Assembly (NCBI GenBank): GCA_963933695.1
Contig: CAWVXN010000001.1
Coordinates: 1-30,636 of the forward strand
Length of the DNA stretch: 30,636 bases
Direction: 5' to 3'
DNA from: an uncultured Myxococcales bacterium
GTDB taxonomy: Bacteria; Myxococcota_A; UBA9160; UBA4427
Each line of letters opens with the position of its first letter. The stretch's first letter is position 1. The notes below the pieces were generated by a model. That model did no database searches. It had not been told where the DNA came from and was given only the letters and a program-made list of their open reading frames with translations. This document shows, piece after piece, positions 10,065 to 18,495 of this stretch. The translations under genes were made by a program, and so were the position numbers.

Positions 10065-10589
10065 ATGGCTAACCAGGAAACGCTGACCCTCCTTGACGGA
10101 ATTGTTCTGGTGATACTCCTTCTCGGAATCACCCGGGGCATTTTTATCGGTATGGTGAGGGAGACCTTCTCCATGGCCGGGCTGGCCGCCGCCGTCCTCG
10201 CCGCGCGCTACGGGATTCCAACGGTCTCCGGTGCGATCGAAGAAATCAGCCAGGGAGCAATCGGCCCATCGCTCGCGCCCTGGCTCGCGGGCACTCTGCT
10301 GGCCATCGGAGCCGTTTCCATCGCGACCCTGATCAGCCGACTGGTGCAACGCGGCATCCGGGCCGCTGGGCTTACATGGCTCGACCGCACGGGGGGGGCC
10401 GCTCTTGGCGCGGTTGAAGGCCTGCTCGTTGGGCTCCTGGTCGTGCTCGGTGCCACTTTTGTCATTGGACGGGAACACCCATCCATCGACGGTTCCCGCA
10501 GCCTCGCGCTCTACGACACCGCTCAAAAATACTGGGGAGAAAAGGCCGAGGATCTACCGAGTATCGCGGCCCCAGGCGACTGGCTCTAA
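10065..10589 (+). CDS. cvpA: CvpA (colicin V production) family membrane protein
   Basis: LDGIVLVILLLGITRGIFIGMVRETFS and LDRTGGAALGAVEG. GGAGGGAG SD. Confidence 0.85.
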   Translation: MANQETLTLLDGIVLVILLLGITRGIFIGMVRETFSMAGLAAAVLAARYGIPTVSGAIEEISQGAIGPSLAPWLAGTLLAIGAVSIATLISRLVQRGIRAAGLTWLDRTGGAALGAVEGLLVGLLVVLGATFVIGREHPSIDGSRSLALYDTAQKYWGEKAEDLPSIAAPGDWL

Positions 10590-10625
10590 CGAACCGAGGC
10601 CAGCCCTGCCCCCACCGCCGAGCGG

Positions 10626-12650
10626 CTATAACCCGGATTCACCGATCAGGTCCAGTAGTTTCTGGGGCGCTTCGTCCTCGGCAATATTGCGGGCAACTAC
10701 GTCCTTGCCCGCGTACAGAGTGACCCGGCCAGGGCCAGAGCCCACGTAGCCAAAGTCTGCATCCGCCATCTCACCCGGACCGTTCACGATACAGCCCATT
10801 ACCGCAATCTTGACCCCCTTGAGATGCGATGTCGCCGACTTGATTCGCGCGGTCGTTTCTTCGAGATCGAAAAGAGTTCGTCCACACGAAGGGCACGAAA
10901 TGTATTCCGTTCGGGTGGTCCGCAGTCGCGCACCTTGCAAAATGCGGTACGCAATATCGAGCGCAGTCTCCGGTTTCTCGAAGCCACCCACTGAGACCAT
11001 GTCGCCCACTCCATCACAAAGCGGAGCCCCGAGGGCAATCGAGGTCTCGATCATTTGCAATTCCGGATCAACCGTCTCAGGCAAGCCATACCGCAATACG
11101 ATGGGAAGATCGCCGAATCCTTCGGCTTCGAGCAGCGCCGAAAGAAGCCGAACAGCATGCACGGGCCGGCTTGATTCAACGGAGAACATGACAATGGGCG
11201 GCCGACTTCCAGAGGTGGCCTTGAGAACCCGATCGACAAGAACGGGAAGTTCATTCAGCTCGGCTTGAAGACACCACTCCAGCGCGACTTTTGAATCCAG
11301 GGACAGCCGGCAAATCGCTTCCAGGACGCTCGAGGAACAATCCGAATCTACATCCGCCACCACACGAGCAGAGCCTGGTGGAACCGTCCCAGCCCCGGCC
11401 AGAAGCAAAGCATCCATGCGCACGGAAAAGGGGACTCGGATCCCTTCATCGTCGAGCGCGGCACGGAAACGGGCAAGTCGGTCAACCTGGGAATCAGCGT
11501 CGAATCGGACGAGCAGAGACTCGCATTCAACGTCCTTGACCGCTGCAAGGGAACCGGCGACTCGACGGGCGGCGTGAGTGGGGTCAATCCAGTACCCGGG
11601 GTTCGACATTTCGAGTTCCACCCGCACGGGCTCGGGCCCGCCCAAGCCGAGGGGACCCAACGCGACTCGCCGGGTTCTCCGACGAGCGTGGGAGTAGGGA
11701 TCCATGAAAGCTGGCAGATCAATATCCAGGGCTTCGCGGTGGGCGTCCACGGCCCAACGATCAGAGCTTCGGAAACCCAATTTCTCGGCAACGGGAATTT
11801 CTCGAACCGGGTCCTCGGTCAGAGAGACGCGAATCGTGTCACCGAGACCATCCTCCAGGAGGGAACCAATCCCAATCGCACTCTTGATTCGCCCATCCTC
11901 GGAGTCACCCGCCTCAGTCACGCCGAGATGGAAGGGATAACTCGGACGTCCCTCGTCACGTTCCTCCAGACGAGCCGCAAGGAGGCGGTAGGCCTGGATC
12001 GCCACGTGGGTGTTGGACGCCTTCATGCTGAAGATCACATCGTAATACCCCGCGTCCTCGCATACGTCGAGAAATTCGAGGGCACTTTCGACCATTCCAG
12101 CAGGCGAATCCCCGTACCTGTTCATCACCCGATCGGAGAGTGACCCGTGGTTCGTTCCGATCCGCATGGCAACGCCATTTTCCTTGCAACGGAGAACCAG
12201 GGGCCGAAAACGGTCGGCGACCCGGGCCAACTCATCGGCATATTCGAGATCAGAATACTCCCGAACTTCGAACTTTTTCTTGTCCGCATAGTTTCCGGGA
12301 TTGACGCGAACTTTTTCAATCGACTCGGCGGCGATCATCGCTGCGTTGGGGGTGAAGTGGATATCCGCAACTAGAGGAATATCCACGCCTCGCGCATGGA
12401 GCATCGCCTTGATATTTCGCAGGTTCTCGGCATCCCGGATCGAAGGCGCCGTCACCCGCGCGATTTCGCAGCCCGCCGCTGCGAGTCGTTCGATTTGGTC
12501 CACGGTGGCCCGGGTGTCCATGGTGTCGGTATTCGTCATGGATTGGATGCGAATCGGACAATCGCCGCCAACACCCACGTGACCGACCTGAACCACCCGC
12601 GTGAGGCGTCGTCTCGTGATCCATGGATCGATCGTAAAATTTTTCTTCAT
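10626..12650 (-). CDS. ispG: (E)-4-hydroxy-3-methylbut-2-enyl-diphosphate synthase, long three-domain form
   Basis: IQSMTNTDT, ADIHF, RVNPGNY, RIGTNHGSLS, HLGVTEAG, GDTIRVSLT, and the Fe-S ligands CPSCGR...MGCIVNGPGE. Start set to ATG 12650 because the track start overlaps alaS. Confidence 0.95.
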   Translation of the reverse strand: MKKNFTIDPWITRRRLTRVVQVGHVGVGGDCPIRIQSMTNTDTMDTRATVDQIERLAAAGCEIARVTAPSIRDAENLRNIKAMLHARGVDIPLVADIHFTPNAAMIAAESIEKVRVNPGNYADKKKFEVREYSDLEYADELARVADRFRPLVLRCKENGVAMRIGTNHGSLSDRVMNRYGDSPAGMVESALEFLDVCEDAGYYDVIFSMKASNTHVAIQAYRLLAARLEERDEGRPSYPFHLGVTEAGDSEDGRIKSAIGIGSLLEDGLGDTIRVSLTEDPVREIPVAEKLGFRSSDRWAVDAHREALDIDLPAFMDPYSHARRRTRRVALGPLGLGGPEPVRVELEMSNPGYWIDPTHAARRVAGSLAAVKDVECESLLVRFDADSQVDRLARFRAALDDEGIRVPFSVRMDALLLAGAGTVPPGSARVVADVDSDCSSSVLEAICRLSLDSKVALEWCLQAELNELPVLVDRVLKATSGSRPPIVMFSVESSRPVHAVRLLSALLEAEGFGDLPIVLRYGLPETVDPELQMIETSIALGAPLCDGVGDMVSVGGFEKPETALDIAYRILQGARLRTTRTEYISCPSCGRTLFDLEETTARIKSATSHLKGVKIAVMGCIVNGPGEMADADFGYVGSGPGRVTLYAGKDVVARNIAEDEAPQKLLDLIGESGL

Positions 12651-12672
12651 GAATACCCTGCCAACTAACAGC

Positions 12673-15312
12673 TCACTGGACGCCGCAGAGGTTATAGAAC
12701 CGCTCGATCGCTTCTTCGATCTTCGATGCGTCCTTGCCTCCGGCCTGTGCAAAATCCGGGCGACCGCCCCCTCCCCCGCCTACGATCGCGGCCACCTCAC
12801 GAATCAGGTCGCCCGCCTTGAACCGCGGGGTAAGGTCCTTGGTTACGCCGACTGCCAGCACAACCTTGCCCTCGTTCTCCGCCATCAGCAGAACGACACC
12901 CGACTCCAGTCGGTTGCGGAGATCATCCACCATGCTGCGCATCGCTTTAGCGTCCACGCTTTCGGTGCGAGCCCCCAGTATCTTGACGCCATCGACCTCC
13001 TTGACTCCGCTGAGAAGGTCCGATGCCTCAGAGCCTCGGCTCGCGTTACGCAAGCGCTCGATTTCGCGTTCAAGGTCCCGGCTCTCAGCGACGAGTTTCT
13101 CCACTCGACCCGGCAAATCGTCAAGGGAAACCTTGAGCACATCGGCAGCCGCACGCGCGCTCTGCTCCTGCTGGCGTATATGCGCCAGTGCCCCCAACCC
13201 GGTCAGCGCTTCGATACGCCTTACGCCCGCTGCGATCCCGGTTTCTGAAATCACCTTCAGGATCCCCAAATCACCTGTCGCCCGGGCATGGGTCCCTCCA
13301 CAAAGTTCCGTGCTGCAATCCCCAAAAGAAACAACGCGAACTTCGTCTCCGTACTTTTCGTCGAAAATCGCGACAGCGCCGGCCTCTACGGCCTCTTCAT
13401 AGTTTTTGATCTGGGTACTCCCCTGGGAATTGGCTTCGATCCATTCGTTGACCTGGTCCTCGATTCTTGTGATCTCCCCATCCGAAAGCGGAGAATCGTG
13501 GGTAAAATCGAAGCGCAATCGATTCGGCGCAACCCGGGAACCCTTTTGCATCGCCTGGTTGCCAAGTTCGCCCCGAAGGGCTGCATGAAGGAGATGCGTA
13601 CCCGTATGGTTTCGCACCGTCCCTGCCCGAAGAGCCTGATCAACGAGCAATTCGGCCTCGGCGTCGACTCTCAACTCCCCTTCGGTAACCACACCCCTAT
13701 GGATGAAGAGACTGTCCACCGGCTTCTGGGTATCCTTGATCGCCATGCGCCCCGAATCGGTCACGAGTTGTCCCTGGTCCCCGACCTGCCCTCCGCTCTC
13801 CGCATAGAACGGGGTCTCTTCAAGGACAATCTCGACCTCGTCCCCCTTCTTTGCGAAGTCGACGGGTAGCCCCTCGGCCAAGATCGCAACAATCCGCGAC
13901 TGGGCTTCGGTTGTGTCGTAACCAAGGAATTGAGTGCTGAATTGCGCAGCCAGGCGTCCGTAGATCTCAGAAATACCCTGGTCTCCGCTTCCCGTCCATG
14001 CCGCTCTCGCCCGCTCCCGCTGTGCCTGCATCGAATCGTCGAAGCCGGCTTGATCAACCTGCATGTCGTGGCCGATCAGGATGTCGGCTGTGAGATCGAG
14101 TGGAAAGCCAAAGGTGTCGTAGAGCTTGAAAGCGGTTTTTCCGTCGAGCGCGGTGGCACCCTTTTCTTTCGCTTCGAGAATCTCTTCCTCGAGAAGCTGG
14201 AGCCCCTTGGAGAGAGTCTTTTGAAACCGCTCCTCGTCTCTCTTGATGCGGTCGAGAATGAAGTCCCTTCGCTCTCGAAGATCCGGGTAGGCATCACCCA
14301 ATTCATCGATGGCGGCGTCGGCCACCTTGTAGAGAAAGGGCTCGTCCACCCCAAGAAGCACTCCGTGACGAGAACCGCGCCGCAGAATCCTGCGAAGCAC
14401 GTAGCCGCGACCGGCATTGGAGGGCAGCACGCCATCGCCCACCATCACGGCGAGGGTCCGAGCGTGATCGGCGACAACCCGTAGAGAGACGTCTTTTTCC
14501 GGGTCCTGACCGAGTTCCGCGCCCGAAACGTCCTGTGCCCTTGCAAGAAGACCCGAGAATAAATCGCTGTCGTAGTTATTCCGAACACCCTGCAACACCG
14601 CCGCCCACCGTTCCAGGCCCCCGCCCGTATCGATGGAGGGATGAGGCAGCGGATGCATGGTCCCCGCTTCATCACGATTGAACTGCATGAAGACAAGGTT
14701 CCAGAGTTCGAGCCAGCGCCCGCATTCACAAGAGGGATCGCAATTTTCGCTGGTGCAGCTTTCGGGCCGACCAAAATCGTAGTGAATTTCCGAGCAAGGA
14801 CCGCAGGGGCCCGTATCGCCCATGGACCAGAAATTTTCCTTCTCGTCCAGGCGATAAATCTTGCTCTCGGACAGCCCGATGCCGTCCCGCCAGATCTCGG
14901 CGGCTTCATCATCTTCGCGAAAGACCGACACCGCCAGGGCTTCCGGTGCGAAGGCCATTTTTTCGGTCAGCAACTCCCAAGCGGACTCGATGGCTTCCTG
15001 CTTGAAGTAATCGCCGAATGAAAAGTTCCCCAACATCTCGAAAAACGTGTGATGGCGCGGCGTGCGACCCACGTTTTCGAGGTCATTGTGCTTTCCAGAT
15101 ACCCGGATGCATTTCTGTGCAGTGGTGGCGCGCTTGTAGTCGCGACTCTCCTCGCCGAGGAAAACCCGCTTGAACGGCACCATCCCCGCATTGACGAACA
15201 TCAGGGTCGGGTCCGACTCGGGAACCACCGAGGCACTCTTCACCCGCCGGTGTCCCTTGTCTTCGAAAAAGCGCAAAAAATCCTCTCGGATTTCCTTGGC
15301 GGCCCGGCTCAT
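12673..15312 (-). CDS. alaS: Alanine--tRNA ligase
   Basis: NAGMVPFK, RHHTFFEMLGNFSFGDYFK, GPCGPCSE, editing motifs HTGTHLLH and ELCGGTH, GGGGRPDFAQAGG. ATG 15312 has GGGGAG upstream. Confidence 0.98.
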   Translation of the reverse strand: MSRAAKEIREDFLRFFEDKGHRRVKSASVVPESDPTLMFVNAGMVPFKRVFLGEESRDYKRATTAQKCIRVSGKHNDLENVGRTPRHHTFFEMLGNFSFGDYFKQEAIESAWELLTEKMAFAPEALAVSVFREDDEAAEIWRDGIGLSESKIYRLDEKENFWSMGDTGPCGPCSEIHYDFGRPESCTSENCDPSCECGRWLELWNLVFMQFNRDEAGTMHPLPHPSIDTGGGLERWAAVLQGVRNNYDSDLFSGLLARAQDVSGAELGQDPEKDVSLRVVADHARTLAVMVGDGVLPSNAGRGYVLRRILRRGSRHGVLLGVDEPFLYKVADAAIDELGDAYPDLRERRDFILDRIKRDEERFQKTLSKGLQLLEEEILEAKEKGATALDGKTAFKLYDTFGFPLDLTADILIGHDMQVDQAGFDDSMQAQRERARAAWTGSGDQGISEIYGRLAAQFSTQFLGYDTTEAQSRIVAILAEGLPVDFAKKGDEVEIVLEETPFYAESGGQVGDQGQLVTDSGRMAIKDTQKPVDSLFIHRGVVTEGELRVDAEAELLVDQALRAGTVRNHTGTHLLHAALRGELGNQAMQKGSRVAPNRLRFDFTHDSPLSDGEITRIEDQVNEWIEANSQGSTQIKNYEEAVEAGAVAIFDEKYGDEVRVVSFGDCSTELCGGTHARATGDLGILKVISETGIAAGVRRIEALTGLGALAHIRQQEQSARAAADVLKVSLDDLPGRVEKLVAESRDLEREIERLRNASRGSEASDLLSGVKEVDGVKILGARTESVDAKAMRSMVDDLRNRLESGVVLLMAENEGKVVLAVGVTKDLTPRFKAGDLIREVAAIVGGGGGGRPDFAQAGGKDASKIEEAIERFYNLCGVQ

Positions 15313-15481
15313 GAAAAACTCCCCATAAGGCGCTGGTGTGTGAGGTGGCTCGGGGGCGAATATACCCAAGAGACCCGGGCAACGCTCCGCCAAGCGAGCC
15401 TCCGCCGACCATCCTGAACCGCTTCTCGACCCGGGGCGGCGAACCGGGGCCCGCGCTCGTCACCGAGCGGGCCGTGTCAGG

Positions 15482-16672
15482 TCAGAATCTCTCGATACCG
15501 AAGTCGTCTGCTTTCCCGTCGGTTTCCAGAACGTCCTCGGCCACGGCCTCGGCATCCTCGTTGTCGGTCCCCTGGAAATCTTCCCAAACCGAGTCCGAGG
15601 TGGAGTCGATCCCCCGGTAGCGAAGCGCGAAGTCATCGGGATTGGAGACATTCTTCAGCGCCTCTTCATATGTCACGAGGCCTTCTTTAACCAGTTGCAT
15701 GAGCGATTGGTCAAAGGACTGCATGCCGTAGGTGGTATATCCCTTGGTAATGGCGTCCGAGAGTTCCTTGGTGCGATCCTTGTCGGCAATGAGTTCACGC
15801 ACGAGCCCGGTGGAAACGAGAATTTCAAGGGCAGGCACACGACCCTTCCCGTCCGCTCGGGGAACTAGTCGCTGAGAAATCACCGCTTTCAGGACAGTCG
15901 AAAGCTGGAGCCGAACTTGCTTTTGCTGGTAGGGGGGAAATACGGAAATGATTCGGTTGATGGTCTCCGTGGCATCCAGAGTGTGGAGCGTGCTCATAAC
16001 AAGATGACCCGTCTCAGCGGCAGTCAGTGCAGTCTCGATTGTCTCGAAATCCCGCATCTCGCCCACCAGGATGACGTCTGGATCTTGCCGCAAAGCGCCG
16101 CGAAGCGCGTTGGCAAAACTGTGGGTGTCGACGCCAATTTCGCGCTGGTTGACTATCGATCGGCGATCCCGAATAAGAAACTCGATGGGATCCTCGATGG
16201 TCATGATATGCGAGGTTCGTTCGGAGTTGATCTGTTCAATCATCGCCGCAAGGGTGGTCGATTTTCCTGAGCCGGTGGTTCCCGTGACCAGGATCAGACC
16301 CCGGTGCTCCTGGGAAATTGCCTTGACGACGTCGGGGAGATTCAATTCTTCAACGGTCTTGACTCCGAAGGGAATCACCCGAAGAACGATTCCAATTGCC
16401 CCGCGCTGCTGAAAGACATTCACCCGGAAACGACCCAACCCGGCGATTCCGTAGGCCAGATCGGCTTCGCGTTGCTCTTCGAATCGCGCCTTCTGCACCG
16501 GATTCATCATGGAGAAGGCCATCGCCTTGATTTCTTCAAGGGTGATGCGCTCGCCATCACGCAGCGGAACCAATGCACCGTCCACACGAAATAGAGGCGG
16601 AAGCCCCATCTTGAGGTGGATATCCGATGCCCCGCCTTTGATCGCGACCTTCAGAATCTCTTTGAGTTCCAT
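15482..16672 (-). CDS. pilT: PilT/PilU-family type IV pilus retraction ATPase
   Basis: ASDIHL, Walker A GTTGSGKST, TIEDPIE, ALRQDPDVILVGEMRD, His box TGHLVMSTLHT, GMQSFDQSL. The AIRNLIRE motif is degenerate (LVRELIAD), so this may be a paralog rather than the main PilT. Confidence 0.88.
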   Translation of the reverse strand: MELKEILKVAIKGGASDIHLKMGLPPLFRVDGALVPLRDGERITLEEIKAMAFSMMNPVQKARFEEQREADLAYGIAGLGRFRVNVFQQRGAIGIVLRVIPFGVKTVEELNLPDVVKAISQEHRGLILVTGTTGSGKSTTLAAMIEQINSERTSHIMTIEDPIEFLIRDRRSIVNQREIGVDTHSFANALRGALRQDPDVILVGEMRDFETIETALTAAETGHLVMSTLHTLDATETINRIISVFPPYQQKQVRLQLSTVLKAVISQRLVPRADGKGRVPALEILVSTGLVRELIADKDRTKELSDAITKGYTTYGMQSFDQSLMQLVKEGLVTYEEALKNVSNPDDFALRYRGIDSTSDSVWEDFQGTDNEDAEAVAEDVLETDGKADDFGIERF

Positions 16673-16999
16673 GCCATCCCGTTTCCGCTAGTCGTCCGCT
16701 TGAACTTTGAAATGTGCCCGGCTCGCCGAGGCCGGTCCAAAGCCCCCCGGCGATCCCGTCGCCCAGGGGTGTACCGGTGTTTTCGACCATTTGGGCCTGG
16801 TCCTTGAGCGTCCGAAGCCAGCAATTCATGCGCAACGCGCATACGACGCGTCGGCCCGACCCGACCGGATAGTCGGAACCATGGCTCTCCTAGACGTCTG
16901 GGGCCACCCCGCCCTCCGGCAGCGACCCGAGCGGCCAACTTCTCGCGCCTCGGAGAAGTTCCAGGACTCTGGGAGGTGCTTGAAGCGACTCTTGAGCTC

Positions 17000-17057
17000 G
17001 GGGGCTCTTGGGCTGGGGCCCCGGGCTCTTGGGGTGGGGCTCGGGCTCTTGGGGTGG
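17000..17057 (+). repeat. Three copies of GGGCTCTTGGG(G/C)TGG, periods 21 and 20 bp
   Basis: GGGCTCTT starts at 17002, 17023 and 17043. Intergenic. Confidence 0.8.
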
Positions 17058-17156
17058 AAGAATGGGGATTCGAATCAAAAAACGATCAGAATGGATTTCT
17101 TCCCTGTAAGACGTGCGGAATTGACGGAAGCCTTGTCCGCGCCCCCCGGGTCCTCG

Positions 17157-17174
17157 CTCCGCCCGAAGGCGAAG
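17157..17174 (-). other. RNA hairpin with cUUCGg tetraloop
   Basis: Minus-strand RNA CUUCGCC-UUCG-GGCGGAG: 7 bp including one U-G pair. Confidence 0.55.
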
Positions 17175-17206
17175 CCCCCAGGGCCCGAGGGGTACGGTTA
17201 ATCGTG

Positions 17207-17250
17207 GGGGGGTCAGACCGCGGAAATTCGGCAGCCTAAACCGACCCCCC
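17207..17250 (-). terminator. Stem-loop immediately after the recA stop (terminator or mRNA stabiliser)
   Basis: GGGGGGUCGG...CUGACCCCCC forms a 10-bp stem. There is no U-tract on the minus strand, so intrinsic termination is uncertain. Confidence 0.4.
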
Positions 17251-18384
17251 TTATTTTTCGTCCAGCGACTGTTCGGGAGCGGGCTCCAGAGGCTTTGCGA
17301 AAACGGGGAGCTTAAGCCCGTGCGATGCGTACACCTCTTCGGTCAAGCGCGCGCAGGCGTCCAGATTTTCCTTCATGAAGCGGCGTGCGTTCTCTCGCCC
17401 CTGGCCGATGCGTTCTCCGCCATAAGAATACCAGGAGCCACTCTTCTCGACGAAGCCACCGTCCACTCCGAGATCAAGAAGGTCGCCTTCGCGCGAGATG
17501 CCTTCATTGTAGATGATGTCGAACTCGGCCTGCCTGAACGGCGGCGCCACCTTGTTCTTGACCACCTTCACCCGTGTCCGATTGCCCACCACGTTGTCTC
17601 CATCCTTGATCGCGGCAATTCGGCGCACATCGATTCTAATCGAGGAGTAAAATTTGAGCGCGTTTCCACCTGTGGTCGTTTCCGGGCTACCGAACATCAC
17701 CCCAATTTTCATCCGAATCTGGTTGATGAAAATAATCGAGGCACCCGACTTAGAGACCGTGCCGGTGAGCTTGCGCAGTGCCTGACTCATGAGCCGGGCT
17801 TGCAGACCCACGTGATGATCTCCCATATCCCCTTCGAGTTCGGCCCGAGGAACAAGAGCAGCCACTGAATCGATCACCACCAACTCAATCGCCCCGGAAC
17901 GCAGCAGAACGTCAGCGATCTCCAGAGCCTCTTCGCCGGTATCGGGTTGAGAAACCAGCAATTCCTCTACATTAACCCCCAGGCGCCGCGCATAGTTGAC
18001 GTCAAGAGCGTGCTCGGCATCGATGAAAGCGGCGACCCCCCCCGCCCTCTGGACCTCGGCGATCGCGTGAAGCGTCAGGGTCGTCTTTCCGCTGGATTCC
18101 GGCCCGTAGATCTCGATCACGCGTCCACGGGGATAGCCCCCTATCCCGAGCGCAATATCGATGCTTGGACCTCCGCTCGAAAAACACGGCACACTGGTGC
18201 TGGCGCCGTTGTTGTTCATCGTTTGGATCGACCCTTTGCCAAACTGCTTTTCAATACTCGAAACAGCCAGCTCTATCGCATTTCGCTTTGCGGCATCCTG
18301 ATCCTTTCCCCGCAAGTCGCTTTTCGCTCCGAACTTCGCTTCGTTCTTCATCTCGTTTTTGGCACCAGCCTTTGTTTTTGCCAT
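17251..18384 (-). CDS. recA: Recombinase A
   Basis: [61 protein letters not shown] 18384 has GGAGG upstream. The N-terminus is about 25 aa longer than the usual RecA. Confidence 0.98.
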   Translation of the reverse strand: MAKTKAGAKNEMKNEAKFGAKSDLRGKDQDAAKRNAIELAVSSIEKQFGKGSIQTMNNNGASTSVPCFSSGGPSIDIALGIGGYPRGRVIEIYGPESSGKTTLTLHAIAEVQRAGGVAAFIDAEHALDVNYARRLGVNVEELLVSQPDTGEEALEIADVLLRSGAIELVVIDSVAALVPRAELEGDMGDHHVGLQARLMSQALRKLTGTVSKSGASIIFINQIRMKIGVMFGSPETTTGGNALKFYSSIRIDVRRIAAIKDGDNVVGNRTRVKVVKNKVAPPFRQAEFDIIYNEGISREGDLLDLGVDGGFVEKSGSWYSYGGERIGQGRENARRFMKENLDACARLTEEVYASHGLKLPVFAKPLEPAPEQSLDEK

Positions 18385-18495
18385 GGCCTGCACTTCCTCC
18401 ATACTTTCTTGGGCGCGACCGAAGTTGATCGAGCCATTGTGGGGTTTATCTTTTTGTGGTTCTGAAACCGTATCCTCAGACCTGGGGTCCGTTGG

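Noticed and set aside
17000-17057. Possible CRISPR array
   Set aside because: Only three short adjacent units, no unique spacers of 25-45 bp, and no cas genes.
16890-17078. 62-aa Pro-rich ORF over the G-rich repeat
   Set aside because: TTG start, no convincing SD, and repeat periods of 21 and 20 bp that do not preserve frame.
17207-17250. Resemblance to SRP RNA helix 8 (GTCAG...GGAA...GCAGC) or a c-di-GMP-I riboswitch (GCCTAAACC)
   Set aside because: The SRP CAGG-UCC-GGAA-GGA-AGCAG pairing and the riboswitch GGCAAAC/GAAA/GCAAA elements are absent. A plain hairpin after recA explains the sequence.
18385-18495. LexA box upstream of recA
   Set aside because: No match to the SOS-box consensuses I know. 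recA appears to be read from the upstream operon promoter.
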